Shown here: piece after piece, positions 40,228-53,863 of the stretch
Position numbering within the stretch: the first letter of the stretch is position 1
Layout of the letters: each line of letters opens with the position of its first letter
NCBI RefSeq assembly: GCF_006345805.1
Contig: NC_043007.1
Span: 27,094,001 to 27,158,000, forward strand
DNA from: Octopus sinensis
Taxonomy: Eukaryota
Reading direction: 5' to 3'
DNA length: 64,000 nucleotides
Notes under the pieces: model-generated
Told to the model about the DNA's origin: nothing
Seen by the model: only the letters and a program-made list of their open reading frames with translations
The model's database searches: none
Position numbers and translations under genes: made by a program

Positions 40228-41270
40228 TCATCATCATCCTAGTCAGGTGTCGCACTATGCGATGCTGTGGTCATCACGATGTCTTGCCACCTCCTCCTGT
40301 CCGCTACTCCATGGACAGCTCAGAATAAGGACAATCCTGTGGCTGCCATGTCTTTCAGCCAAGAAGTGGGGGTGGTCTGCCTCTTTTACGTCTGCCGTTC
40401 ACCTTGCCAGTTACGATCGTTCGCTCAAGTCCATCCCGGCGCATGACGCGGCCAAAGAACCGAGGCTTCCGCTTCATGATGTTTCACCGAAGCGACCTCT
40501 CGCAACAGAGATTTTCCAGCACCCAGTTGTTCGTCCTCCTCTCCCCCGTCCACGATACTCTAAGGATTCTGCGGTAAAACCACATTTCAAAAGCGCTCAC
40601 TCTTTTCTTGTCTGCCTTCAGCATTGTCCACGACTCGCAGCCGTACGTCGCAATAGAGAAAGCGGCAGCCCGAAGTAGCCTTATCTTCAGCATCATTGAC
40701 AGCGGAGGCGCAATGGCCCAGTGGTTAGGGCAGCGGACTCGCGGTCGGAGGATCGCGGTTTCGATTCCCAGGCTGGGCGTTGTGTGTGTTTATTGAGCGA
40801 AAACACCTAAAGCTCCACGAGGCTCAGGCAGAGGGTGGTGGCGACCCCTTTCTCTCACTCTTTCTCTCACTCTCCAACTTTCTCTCACTCTTTCTCTCAC
40901 TCTCCAACTTTCTCTCACTCTTTCTCTCACTCTCCAACTTTCTCTCACTCATTCTTCCTGTTTCTTATCCCCCACTTCCTACGCAACCCCTGAGCCTGGA
41001 TGCGCATTCATCCATCCGTCGATGCTCTCGGTGTCGGGGTTGACCTGCTTTCTCTTCTGCGGGTCTTACGAATAGCAAAGGACCACATTTCACATTTCTC
41101 CCTCTCTGGGACGAAGACCGCTTCGCTCAACAGCAACAGCAGCATTGACACGCCAGATGTTCTCCAGATCTTGTACCGCTGGCCCCGCTATTGCGAGCCT
41201 TCTCCGTATCTCTGGTGTACTTGATCCACTGGGGCTGATTGTGGATCCCAAGTACACAAAACCCAGTACG
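40228..41270 (-). mobile_element. RTE-clade LINE 3' fragment split by a SINE
   Basis: 41150-41270 reads FVYLGSTISPSGSSTPEIRRRLAIAGPAVQDLENIWR; 40484-40696 reads LKIRLLRAAAFSIATYGCESWT..FEMWFYRRILRVSWT; (GAT)n end near 40228. Confidence 0.9.
40702..41142 (+). mobile_element. SINE family E with tail type 2 and an 8-bp target-site duplication
   Basis: CATTGACA at 40694-40701 and 41143-41150; (CAACAG) end; internal 30-bp unit repeated three times at about 40860-40950. Confidence 0.85.
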
Positions 41271-41479
41271 TATTAATAAATAGAAGCAACATTTGGAAAT
41301 ATTGTTAGGTCACTGTGACATAGCGTTTGTTAACCTTGGAAATTTCTGTTCACCTTGGAATATGTTTGCCAATATGTATCTGAAAATTTCTTTTGAAGAA
41401 AGGAAACACTTGAAGTGTCTCTCAAACCATTATTAATAACCATAACAGTAGCAGCAGCAACAACAATAATTACAACAAT

Positions 41480-41613
41480 TATTCGTCTTGTTGTTGTTGT
41501 CATTATTATTATTATCATTATTATCATTATTATTATTATTATTATTATTATTAATATCATTATTATTCTTGTTGTTGTTGTTCTTCTTTTTCTTCTTCTT
41601 ATTCTTCATCATC

Positions 41614-41673
<60 letters not shown>

Positions 41674-42052
41674 GAAGAAGAAGAAGAAGAAGAAGAAGAA
41701 GAAGAAGAAGAAGAAGAAGAAGAAGAAGAAGAAGAAGACGAAGAAGAAGAAGACGAATGTGGTGGATAAAAAGTCGAAAAAACAACGACAAAATATCAAG
41801 ATATATATTAAAAAGAAAATGTAAAAAGGTGCCAGAGAAAAGAAATAAAAAAAAAAGATTGAAGGAGATTTGGATTCTACGTAATCTATAAAATGGTATC
41901 ATCATAAACAGCCTGAAGCCATCATTGAAAATCACTGTTGTAATATTTTATAAGTCTTCTCTGTGCTAACTGACCATGTAATACGGACAGAGAAACCGAT
42001 TATTTTCATCAATAGCAAAAATAACAACAACTACAACTACAATAATAATAAT

Positions 42053-42107
<55 letters not shown>

Positions 42108-42165
42108 TTAATAATAATAATAATAATAATAACAATAATAATAATAATAATAATAATATAACAAC

Positions 42166-42202
<37 letters not shown>

Positions 42203-42210
42203 TTGATAAC

Positions 42211-42269
<59 letters not shown>

Positions 42270-42290
42270 CAACAATGATAATAGCAATAA
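41480..42290. repeat. (ATT)n-(GAA)n and (AAT)n arrays
   Basis: Direct reading. Confidence 0.9.
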
Positions 42291-42699
42291 TGCAGAATAT
42301 GGTAGGTCATTGATTTTATTTCATCATGTGGTAGCTGAGTCAAACATAAAGAAAGAGAAGATATTCAAAAATATCTTGAGTAGATACTGAGACAAGTCTT
42401 AGATTTGTGCATGAAAACTGTCCTTGTTGTTGTGGTAGCTATGAGGAAAATATTCAGACATCTGTTGAACAGCCAACCAGACGTTGGGATTTAAATCGAC
42501 AGAATAGTTGTAGGAAAAAAATATCTTCTATTCTGCTAGAATCCTACGCAATATCATTGAATATTGAAGAGACTTGTCACAAGATCGCAAAAAGAAAACG
42601 AAGTCTCCGTTGACATAACCGTCACAGAAAATTGTAACAATGTTAATAGTTTTTTTTTTTTAAACTGTCACAAAGATATAAATATTCGGATGAGCAAAT

Positions 42700-43050
42700 C
42701 GTCATTTATACCGACACCAGTATTTCGTTGGTATGTTATTTTATCGGGTCTGTAAGAACGATAAAGCAAACTAGGCCAAGATGGGCGCTGAAAGCAGTGT
42801 CCAGGTCTGTTGGGAGACAACGGATTATCTTCAAATCTGTTCCGGATGCTTCTAAATGAGAAGACTCCACTAGTGACATTCAAGGTACAAGGCGATAGTT
42901 TTAAAAGGAAGGATGGATTAAAACTTTGACCACAGAAAAATACTACATTGTTTGAACTCAAAACTCAGCGAACCGATATAAATACCACAAGATATGAGGT
43001 CCGATTTTCTTACATTTTTGTTGACCATCTACTGCACTTGATTTGTAATT
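42700..43050 (-). pseudogene. Possible degenerate Penelope-like GIY-YIG fragment
   Basis: 42948-42989 on the minus strand reads CGIYIGSLSFEFKQ, resembling YIGS..T.FK.RY; the surrounding frames are broken. Confidence 0.35.
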
Positions 43051-43288
43051 TTCGTTGTGGGCCTTAAAGGATAAAATACGAGCTTGACCATTGTGGTACT
43101 TGAAACTTAAAATGAAAAGTTGGAAGAAAGAAATTCTGTGGTGCATTATAATCGGTGATATAACGGCTCAACTAATTTAGAACGTAAACAAACAACACGA
43201 TACAGGAAGACATTTTATCTGGCGCTCTGCCGATTATGATCATTCACTGGAATTTTATAGTTAACTAGCACTAGAATTTTTTAGTTAA

Positions 43289-43643
43289 CTAGCACTATGT
43301 CCCGGCAACGCTGGGTCATAGTGCTAGTGCATGCATATACAGCTGCGTGCTTGCACACATACACGCGAGTACTCCGACCAATCACATACAGTTAGCTGGC
43401 ATTCGATTGGCGTATCAAGTTTCGGGCATTTTGATTGGGTTTTGGATAGAAAATTCACAAAAAAGTCACTTCTATTGATTTTTTAATGGCTTTGTGGAGT
43501 GACTGGGGAAATGTAACGATGTGCACGACCATCCTTGGACGGTTTTGAATGACCATAGAAAGTGCGAGCTCTCGAACTGCAAAATTGTGGATTTGTATAA
43601 AGGACACACACAGACAGACATTTGCCGTTTATATATAGAGAGA
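43289..43643 (-). mobile_element. Non-autonomous Helitron (355 bp)
   Basis: Minus strand begins A|TC (43643), ends CTAG|T (43289), with hairpin CCCAGC-GTT-GCCGGG shortly before the end and a (TCTG)/(TG) tract near the 5' end. Confidence 0.75.
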
Positions 43644-44854
43644 TAGCGATTTCTAAGATAAGACAAAATTTTTAGGGGAGGAAACGATAGAACGATCGCC
43701 CTCAGTAACCTTCTGATGCTCTACTCTATAGATCACACGTAGATGGAAGATAAAGTTGACCCTGATGAGATTTGAACTAATGGGGGCTAAGTAACATGAT
43801 CGAAGGTCACAGTATGTCTAATTCTCAGCTCAACCAATCAAATGCGTTATTTTGGCCAATCAAATGCATTATTAAAAGAAATAATAAGAATATATTTCTT
43901 ACGTCTAAGGAGTCTTACAGTTGCTGGAAATTTATACAGCAATGCAAAAAATGTTACAGTTGGTATCAATGCTGTATTTAGTAGTAAACTTTAGATAGTT
44001 GAAAGACAGACGTTGTGCCATTTTACCGTGGAATAAATTTTCACTCAGTTGAGTTTGAAAGACAAATATGCCTCACTACTTATTGACCACGATTTTAAAT
44101 CTAGACGAACTAATTCCCTTTTAACAACTTCAAACGGCGATTTTATTTGATGATAATTTCAGACATCAAACTCTAAAACGCGTACCACTGTCTGAGTGTG
44201 TGTAGTGTAATTTCGGTTTTAAATCTAGTCAGATGTAAGTTTATAGGTATTATAAATACGTAAAATAAAATGTGAATATAAGATGGTGACATTTGAAATT
44301 GGTGTAGAGTTGCAGAAAAAGCCATAGAAATAAAGAGTGGAAATATTAGTGAAACCATGAAGAATGAAAATTAAACACTAAACTGAATTCATTGAAAATC
44401 AACCAAAACATTGGAAATAAACGAAAAACTGGAGACAGAGACCAAATAAAGGGAACAAAAATAAAGAAAGCAGCAGAACTGATGCAAAGAAAATAACCAA
44501 GAGTAAGTTGTAAGTGGCGAATGAAGAAGAAAAAAATGTAGTTGGAAAATTCTGAAACAGAATAAGATATTAAATAACCACAGAGGCTTTAAAATCTAAT
44601 GCCTTTTAATGAGTGTACCAATGGAATTTAGAGCGAATGAGGAAGGTTCTATATGTGCGCTCCATTTGCTAGAAATAGCAGCAAAATCTGCCTCAGACCA
44701 CTACATAATATTTTATAAACACATTAAATCGCATCAGAATATGAATATAAAATAAATATTATAAGTACAGAATTATAAATACACTGTAGAAACATATGAT
44801 ATAAATCTAGAAACAGTTGAATAAAAGTGTGTGTAATGGTAATGATTCTTTTGA

Positions 44855-45272
44855 AAAGCGGCGAGCTGGCATAAATGTTGGCACGCTGGGCGAAATGCTC
44901 AGTGGTATCTTGTCTGCCGTTACGTTCTGAGTTCAAATTCTGCCAAGGTCGACTTTGTCTTTCATCCTTTCTGGGTCGATAAATTAAGTAGCAGTTACGC
45001 ACTGGAGTCGATGTAATCGACTTAATCCGTTTGTCTGTCCTTGTTTGTCCTCTCTGTCTTTAGCCCTTTGTGGGTAGTAAAGAAATAGCTATTTCGTCTG
45101 CCGTTACGTTATGAGTTCAAATTCCGCCAAGGTCGACTTTGCCTTTCATCCTTTCAGTATCGATAAATTAAGTACCAGTTGCGTACTGGGGTCGATGTAA
45201 TAGACTTAATCCGTTTGTCTGTCCTTGTTTGTCCCCTCTGTGTTTAGCCCCTTGTGGGTAGTAAAGAAATAT
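44855..45272 (+). mobile_element. SINE family A, head plus two internal units
   Basis: aagcggcgagctggc head; second unit at about 45088. Confidence 0.85.
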
Positions 45273-45980
45273 GTAATGGTGTTTTTGATAAATCAAGTGG
45301 CTTCATCAGATTTACACCAAAAGAAAACATCCAGACAACCCACGGTTGAGGCTGTATATTTTATATTTTTTATATTTTACAATTTAATAGGGTAAATGTA
45401 ACTTCCGGGTTTTAGCTAAGTAGCCTTCGTAAAATGAAGAAAACTGAGACGTCACTTTGAAATTACTCTCAAGAATTTCCTCCGTAAAGCGAAGTAAATA
45501 TGGAACTCTATTTAAAGGTATTCGGTGAACCTTCAATTAATATATATGATTGTTTAAAAAACTATACGTAAAAACAAATATAAACATATGTGTGTGTGTA
45601 TGTGTGTGTGTGTGTGTATGTGTGTGTGTGTATGTATGTGTGTGTGTGTGATACAGTTGGATAGTATTAGTAATGGATTAGTGTATTGGTGACATAAAAG
45701 ATGCACAGTCATATTGGACCTGTCTTATGTACTGCAGGAGAAATTGACGAAAAATGATTTTAATGAATTAAAGCTCATTGGTGACCCAACTTCGCACATA
45801 ACACTTAGGTGACTTTTGAGACACGCTTTTGGGAAAAAAAAGCGCCTTATTAGCTGTCAAAAATGGCGCTTGTCCATCCGTACCTCGTACTCACTAGATT
45901 AAGTCTTGTGCATAATTGTTATATTAATAATTGTCATAAACATAGTTGTTATAGTAACGATGCCGGCACTGCCAAGGATA

Positions 45981-46783
45981 CAAGGTCTGATCAATAGGTA
46001 TCCAGACTGTTGCCATCGTAACGAAGCTAAAGCACGCTGAGTGAAGCCACGAGGCAAAGATTGACCTTAATCTCTGCTCTGCTCGCGCACTGAGTGTTAA
46101 CATTCTAGCTCGCTTCCGCTGATTGTAGCAGTGCTTGGAAGGAACATGTGTAGTGTGTAACTGTCGCAATGACCATGGTAGAAAAAGTTGTCATGGTGAA
46201 ACCTACTGAGAGGCCTACGCAAATTTGCAGAAAGTGTATGGAGAGGAGTATATGAGCCCCACTCCAGTGCACGAGTGGTTGAGACGTTTCCAAGATGGCT
46301 GAAAAATGTCGATATTGACGAACATTCTGGGAGATCCACAGCCAGCAGAACTGAGAAAAACATGCAGCTGTGAGGAGAAATCGTCGAATCATCATCCATG
46401 AGTTATCACAGGATGTGCAGATTAGTTACGGTTCAGTTCAGTCCATTATCACTGATGATTTGGGTATGAGACGCGTGCCTGTCAAGTTTGAGCCACAACA
46501 CTTTTCAGCTGACCCAATAAATACTCGGAGTTTCAGTTGCACAAGATTCCCTTGATTGTGTCGAGAACGAAGAAAACTTATTGAAAACTTTGCGTAGGCC
46601 TCTGACCAGCGATCGCCAATCTTTCTGTTGTGGTCGATGCAACAATCTCACGCTACATCGCTTCCTTTCAAACACTGATGTAAACAGCGGAAGTTCACAG
46701 TAATCTCTACCAAGCGGATTCACTCTGCGGGATTTAGCTTCGTCACTATGGCGACAGTCCGGATATTTAGTGATGAAATCACG
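45981..46783 (+). mobile_element. Internally deleted mariner with decayed TIRs and an N-terminal transposase relic
   Basis: TA-CAAGGTCTGATCAATAGGTATCCAGACTG left end and matching right end before TA 46784-85; 46190-46520 reads LQKVYGEEYMS..VHEWLRRFQDG..SGRS and IIHELSQDVQISYGSVQSIITDDLGMRRV. Confidence 0.85.
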
Positions 46784-47587
46784 TAGATCATTTTAAGATA
46801 AATACCATAGCAAAGTCATATTCTAATATTCCAAAGAAAACTTTCCAGAAGAAATTGAGAAAAAAATAAGAGACATAGAGCATATATTAAAATTGTGGAG
46901 ATCTCGATATCAGTGAGGGGTGAACGTACAAAACCGAAGGAATGAGTATATATGAACACTCACGTGAAAAAATATGAAATTAGCGAAATATTAAATATTA
47001 TATTTAGTGAGGAGATAATATATGGTATGGAACACGCCTATTCAGAGAGTAAATAAAAAATAAAGTACGCCGTAAAAGACTTGTAATGTCACGACATGTG
47101 TCATATGCTGGTTGATCTAAAGATCATTTTGGAAGTACCAAAAAATATCGAAAGATTCTATGTGTGTGTGTGTGAGGTGTGGTGTGTAATAAATGGAATT
47201 ACTTAAGTAAATTGTATGAACTATTTAGCAACGTTCTTTGAACGGGAGATAAGACTAACATTCTTCACCAATGCACATCAAAGATTCCACCCGCATAAAA
47301 ACGTAACACGTAACTAAAGAGATTTAAAAATCCTAAAGATAGCAGTATGGTAGGCGATAGAGAAAAAATCCACTACACTAATATATATGTATATATATAC
47401 ATAACTAATGGAAACAGCAGGTTGCAATGTTTCACCAGAAACGAAAATCGTAATTGTCATTAAATGTGACTAGGGTGTAAAAATAACACCTACATTACTA
47501 GAAATAAGAGCTAAAATGCTTTAATGCATATGAATGGAAACATATACACTAACAAAGACCGACCATAATTGTACGAAAAGTTGCGAC

Positions 47588-47630
47588 CTGACATCAGTTT
47601 CGGCAATATCCGTTACCATCATCAGTTAAG
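47588..47630 (-). ncRNA. Hammerhead-like motif HH-C copy 3 (intact core and stem II, 3'-truncated)
   Basis: Minus strand CTTAA-CTGATGA-T-GGTAA(CGGATA)TTGCC-GAAA-CTGAT/GTCAG, then unrelated sequence. Confidence 0.5.
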
Positions 47631-47640
47631 CCACCTCGGT

Positions 47641-47683
<43 letters not shown>

Positions 47684-47782
47684 TGTGTGTGTGTGTGTGC
47701 GTTTGTATGTGTGTGAGTGTGTGTATATATCTATATATCTATATATATGTGTGTCTTTGCGTGTGCCTGTATATGTGTATGG

Positions 47783-47813
<31 letters not shown>

Positions 47814-47821
47814 AGACTGTG

Positions 47822-48010
47822 TTTGGTTCTCAAGGAGAATATTGAGGAGAGCACGGACAAGCAACATGTCTAATCAAGAAGTGATGACTCAACCTGTGAT
47901 AAATAAGAAATTTCTTTGTGAGAAAAAGGTGAAGCAACTGAGATTCCTTGGTCATGTGATGAGGAAAGATGGCCTCGAGAATTTAGCGATGATCGGCAAG
48001 ACTAACAGAG
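47822..48010 (+). mobile_element. RTE-clade LINE fragment
   Basis: RRILRRARTSNMSNQEVM..KQLRFLGHVMRKDGLENLAMIGK. Confidence 0.8.
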
Positions 48011-48769
48011 AAAGTAGCATGATGTGCTACCCGGCCCTCCTGAGCTTATCATGTATCGAGAGGGAAACGTTTACTTTTGTTATATTGTCCTTCTTTGTAG
48101 GGAAAAAGGACAAATTTCTCACTCCACTTTTGGTAACAAAGTAGCTTATACAGTAACACTGCGAGGTTTTCGTCCAGGAATTATTCTTTGATGGCAGCGA
48201 ATTGCTCGGGTCTTGAGATGAAACCCATTTGCGTCGATATTTCACAGAAGCACCATTCTGCTTTACAAACTTTTATTCATTTTTTTGTAATCAAATTCCC
48301 AAACCTGAGCGATAAGTAATTGGTGATATTAATGTCCTCCACTAGGTTTGGTTTAATTCTCTGATCTTCTCCGTCTATAAATTATCTAAGCCAAATACCC
48401 TTTTCAATTTTAATGATGTCGGAATTTAAGCTGCTCTCTTGAAAAAAATAGAAATAACTTCCCCAATAGAACTTTGATCAAGAACTTTGATCAAGACACG
48501 AAAAATTAAAAATACAAGAATTTAGACTATATATAATAGAGAAAATTAAATAAAAAGAGACAAAATCCAAGGATACACTGCTGAAAGAAACTCATAGAAA
48601 CACCTTCGTATATGGAGAAAAAGTACTTTTGTTAATCCTTAAATCTGCCTTACAAAAATAATTTTCCTTCGTTAATGATATAACCTAAACTAACTTTGAT
48701 ACATTCTCCAGCACAAATAAATACAAAATAAGAAAAAAAAATGAATGAGTATGTACACTTACATATACA

Positions 48770-49920
48770 TGTGGAACCTGCGAGGGGTAAATTGTCGCCA
48801 TTTTATTTTTTTAATTTTGTGCATGCGCATTGCTTGTTTTTGCTTTCGTCAACTACACAGTATAGTGAGGTCAGTTGGGAACCGACTGTGAGACAAACAG
48901 CATCATGATGCAATTCACTATGACAAATATTTGGAAAGGACATGCTGTACTGCTTGGCATTCACACCAGAAACTCCAGCACGAACATTTCAGAATATTTG
49001 GGTGACAGTGCAAAGGATTCGGAAAGATTTGGATGAGTCTAATTGTGATTACGAAGCTAGGGCCTCTCGGAAAGCTCTCTCTGGTCGTTCTGATAAGAAG
49101 CGGACTCTTGAATCTGTTGCTGAGATCCAAGCCATGATTGACAAAGATCCCTCCAAGTCAAACATGTTCATCGCCAGGGACATGAGAGTTTCTGGGTTTT
49201 GTAAGAGAGGGGTAGTGCATGAAGACATTCCGTATTCCTCATACAAGATGAGAAAGGGCCAACTTTTATCCCAAGAAAGACCGCGCCACGAGGCTTTTGA
49301 ATAAACTCAAGCACGCCCTGCAACCGAACACGCATTGGTTTTCCTCAGACGAGAAACATTTCTACCAAGATAAGATGGTGAACAAACAGTAAGACTACTG
49401 ATTTGCCGTGTCCCCAAATCATGTACCGAGAATGATAAAAAGTCAAATATCCAGTCAACAAGTTTTGTCCTGGGTAAAGAGGGTGGCTGCTGGAAGACCC
49501 TATGTCTGGCAAGAAGACTCTGCACAGTGTCACACAAGCAGGTGATCCCTGTCAGACAATATCTGGGACCACATCACTCCTAACATCTGGCCACCTAACT
49601 CCCCAGACTGCAATCCTCTTGATTATTTATGTGTGGGATGCAGTTGAGCCAGAGTCCAACAAAACGCCTTGTAACACCGTAACACTAAAGATGAAGGCAA
49701 GGATTATGGCAGCATTCGCCAGCTTAGACAAGGAGACAGTCCAGAAGAGTTGCAGGAGATTCCGAAGTCGTCTGAAGCCAATAACGATTTTATTGAATAA
49801 ATTTACTCTTCAGTATTTCATGATATATTAATGTAATTTTGCTAAATATATCTGTTAAAATGAGATGTCAATTATTTTCATATTTGACTTTAATTTAGAA
49901 AATTTATTCATATCTTGTAC
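48770..49920 (+). mobile_element. Decayed Tc1/mariner-superfamily element (maT/DD37D-like)
   Basis: GRSDKKRT..IQAMIDKDPSKS..IARDM; WFSSDEKHFYQD; IWPPNSPDCNPLDY; ends are approximate. Confidence 0.85.
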
Positions 49921-49966
49921 ATATATGGTTATTAATATGCATGTATATAGGTATCTATATGCATAT

Positions 49967-49997
<31 letters not shown>

Positions 49998-50003
49998 TAC
50001 ATA

Positions 50004-50383
50004 CACTACCGTCAGAAATTAATTAGCACCCTTGATTTGCTCTTTACTCAAGGTATGTGCTGTCACCTAGTGGCCATATCTCGAACTATTGCTTTGTTGC
50101 GAGTTCACTGTTGCACAGAACGATGACGTAACTTTGTTTGCAGAGCAGTTTGAGAGTCTACAGCCTTATGATGTTGACATAGCAGTGCAACAACAACTTG
50201 GAGTGCGGATGCAGACAAATCTTCCTTTGTTTAATAGATATAGGTAGCGCCTCGCAAGGACCGAAATCACACCATACTAAGTTTTCTCATTGCGTAAGAC
50301 GTTTTGAACAGCTCATAGGTTAATTGATTTAACCTATTTAATGTAGAAATTTGAGAAGTGCTAATTAATTTCTGACGCAAGTG
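50004..50383. mobile_element. Second copy of the Tc1-type MITE
   Basis: Same TIRs and TA flanks as 19230-19575; near-identical apart from an extra segment of about 30 bp near 50290-50325. Confidence 0.85.
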
Positions 50384-50386
50384 TAC

Positions 50387-50425
<39 letters not shown>

Positions 50426-50583
50426 CATATATATATACATACATACATACACACACACACGCACACACATAAAAATAATGAATTAATAAAATAAAACGGA
50501 GAAAAAGACAAGACAAAATCAAGAACGCGAGTACGTGGTACATTCAAAGTATAAATAAGACGCTCAGAGGAGGATAGTGTGGC

Positions 50584-50620
50584 TGTTTTACGTTTCGAGC
50601 AAAGCGCTTCATCGGAAACA
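50584..50620 (-). ncRNA. Hammerhead-like motif HH-D copy 2
   Basis: Minus strand TGTTT-CCGATGA-A-GCGC(TTT)GCTC-GAAA-C-GTA-AAACA; perfect 5-bp stem I, U4 replaced by C, one stem II mismatch. Confidence 0.5.
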
Positions 50621-50677
50621 TATGTCTCATCGGAGACATAGGAGAGTCCAAGAGAAAAAGGAGGAGAAAAAGTGCCA

Positions 50678-50748
50678 ACATACATACACACATACATACA
50701 TACATACATACATACATACATACATACATGCATACATACATACATACA

Positions 50749-50781
<33 letters not shown>

Positions 50782-51275
50782 GTATACATACATACATACA
50801 TGCATGCATACATACATGCATACATACATACATACATGCATGCATACATACATACATACATACATACATGCATACATACATGCATACATACATGCATACA
50901 TACATGCATACATACTACATAAATACATACATACATACATACATGCATACATACATGCATACATACATACATACATACATACATAAATACATACACGCAT
51001 ACATACATGCATGCATACATGCATACATACATACATACACACACATACATACATACACACATACATACATACATGCATACATACATACTACATAAATACA
51101 TACATACATACATACATGCATACATACATGCATACATATATACATACACACACATACATACATACACACATACATACATACTACATAAATACATATATAC
51201 ATACATAATACATACATACATACATACATACGTACATACATGCATACATATATACACACACTCATACATACATAT
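50678..51275. repeat. (CATA)n/(CATG) microsatellite with higher-order TACTACATAAA marks
   Basis: Direct reading. Confidence 0.95.
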
Positions 51276-51339
51276 GAGAGTGTGTGTGTATGTACAAAAA
51301 TTCAAGGAAGGAAGGATATTTACACATTTTTAATTGATA

Positions 51340-51375
<36 letters not shown>

Positions 51376-52269
51376 AACGTACGTTTCTGATACGTTACAG
51401 TTGCATAACTCTCTAATGCTCTGTAGATGGAGTATAGTATTACATAGATCTTAAAAAAAGAGCAGACGCAAGTAGGTAATTAATGTGTACCTGCATTTTG
51501 GAAGATTATAGAAATGAGATTAATCTGGGTGTAGAGATATTGATAACTGACCAACCCATACTGTATGCAGGGAAGTAGAATATTGAGTGTGGACAGTATA
51601 GAAATGCAAAGAAGATAATGAAATATGATATGGCAAGAGTTCCTGTTGTATATATATATATAATCAAGCTAAGTTTAATAAAACATAGAAAATGTGATTG
51701 TATTGTGAGCTATATCAACAACGCCTAATACAGGTAAGATAACTTTACCCATCAATAACTGAGGCTAATGAACGGGAAAGATAACAGCGTGGGGAACAGG
51801 AGAGTTAAGGCTTTAAGGAAAAAAATTAGTAACTTTAATCATTATAAAATAAATAGTCATTTCTTGAGGAGAACTAGTACTTCCTTGAGAATAGATACAT
51901 TTCATTATAAATCAAGAAACGAAGAAAAAATATTTTAATGATAAGATTAAAAAATAATTTCAATGCGTAAAATATAACCCTAAAGCAGGATTTCAAAGGA
52001 GAAAAAAATACATATATACAAATAAATAAGAACCGACATATAAATTAATAAATAAAACATGATAAAATAAATTGATAAATAAATAGATAAGAGACCCAGA
52101 AAGTTAGACATAATTCTAAGCACCAAGAGAATACAAAACTGTTAAAACTGTTAATAGTGCGGTCAGTGGAATCAGAATATACTTTTTGATAACCTTAATT
52201 ATTTTAAAGAATTTCACTGAAATTAAAAGGCAAGAAAGATTGGGATGAATATTAACGGAAGACTTAAGA

Positions 52270-52340
<71 letters not shown>

Positions 52341-52362
52341 CATAATAATAATAATAATAATA

Positions 52363-52689
52363 GCTGATAGCTACCTAACTCAGATACCAGGAAACCCAAA
52401 ATGGCAGAAGTTCAAAAGATAGTGCTCATGGGAACTGCTCATATCCTACGCAAAATACTCTCTATGTGACCTCAAGGTTTAAAACAACCATAATTTTCGG
52501 TTTAAAAAAACAAAAAAAAAAAAAAACTTTTTTTTTTTTAGACCTTCATTAGTACAACATCCCCACACCCCAAATATATGGCACACTAGGCATAACAACA
52601 ACATGAACTTCCAACCCTGTTGTCTCATGAGGTCTCTGGGTGAGATTGGAGCCAACTTGTACAAATATAAAGCAAAAGTCAAACATAGA
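52363..52689 (+). mobile_element. R4/Dong-clade LINE 3' end inserted in (TAA)n
   Basis: YLTQIPGNP / KMAEVQKIVLMGTAHILRKILSM* (one frameshift, stop at 52467-69), then 3' UTR, flanked by (AAT)n. Confidence 0.75.
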
Positions 52690-52713
52690 ATAATAATAAT
52701 AATAAGTATAAAT

Positions 52714-53267
52714 GCCCTGATGCAGTACCAGGCAGTGGCTCTCATGGCTTCTGATCTTAACTGATTGGAAGTGTTATCATGTACATTGTTTTGTCTTGGT
52801 ATAAAAGATGGGCTACAGCAAATATTCTGCTCAATACCACAGATTTGCTTGTCAGTTGTTTGACCTTAAACAGTTGAGCATGTCCCCTTGTGGCTGACGA
52901 TATGTGCATCTCTGATCACGAGCAGAAGTAGTGGGGGAGCATCATAGCCATGTGTTGAGAGGGATTCTTTGGGGTTTGAATAATTCACCTCTGCAAACAT
53001 GGGTGTTTCGTTCAACATCCTTAAACAACCCTTATTCAGGGACCTTTCGAGTGGGATGGGTTACTCGACCTGAAGAAAATTCTAACTGGGCCCCACCTGC
53101 AAGGTCATGCGCTGTTTAGCTTGATATGAGATCACCATGTCGCGCACATATGGTTGTGATGCATGTGCCTGATGTACCCTTGTTAGACGGGTAGTCACGA
53201 CGTGTATACTGGGCTTCGTATATTTTACCCTAGTGCCACTTTGATGGCATGCACTGCAATCTCACTC
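52714..53267. mobile_element. Second copy of the 550-bp (AAT)n-embedded element
   Basis: Colinear with 31858-32397. Confidence 0.85.
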
Positions 53268-53327
<60 letters not shown>

Positions 53328-53328
<1 letters not shown>

Positions 53329-53468
53329 GGCACTGCACACATCCTACGCAGAACACTTTCCATACAATAACCATCAGAGCATCACAACAAATCACAGCAC
53401 ATACCCAAGGCACACAGAGCTGTGCTCGGTAGTGAAGTGAAAGCACGCTATAAAAATAAAACTACTGA
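53328..53468 (+). mobile_element. R4/Dong-clade 3' end, second subfamily
   Basis: GTAHILRRTLSIQ* plus a short UTR between (AAT)n tracts; a decayed further copy at 53688-53765 reads ALLGIAHILHKII. Confidence 0.7.
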
Positions 53469-53480
53469 ATAATAATAATG

Positions 53481-53568
<88 letters not shown>

Positions 53569-53593
53569 TAATAATAATAATGATAATAATAAT

Positions 53594-53667
<74 letters not shown>

Positions 53668-53817
53668 TAATAATAATAATGATAATAATATAGCATTACT
53701 AGGCATTGCACATATCCTACATAAAATTATTTTAATACAGTAACCAATGGAGCATCACACGAAGCAACATTAAAAAAATACCTTAGGAATGAGAACCCAG
53801 GTTCGAAATTTCCCCAG

Positions 53818-53863
53818 GACACATGATGAAGGCTGGAGGGTATATCAGCCGAAACGTTGTGTT
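53818..53863 (+). ncRNA. Minimal type I hammerhead HH-B copy 2 (one core substitution)
   Basis: GACAC-ATGATGA-A-GGCTG(10-nt loop)CAGCC-GAAA-CG-TT-GTGTT; only C3>A departs from a complete motif; palindromic ACGT stem III. Confidence 0.6.

Noticed and set aside
45290-45460. Further hammerhead-like remnants (CTGATGA at about 45303 minus; ACGAAGGCT..AGCT at about 45430 minus)
   Set aside because: No GAAA with compatible stems could be drawn
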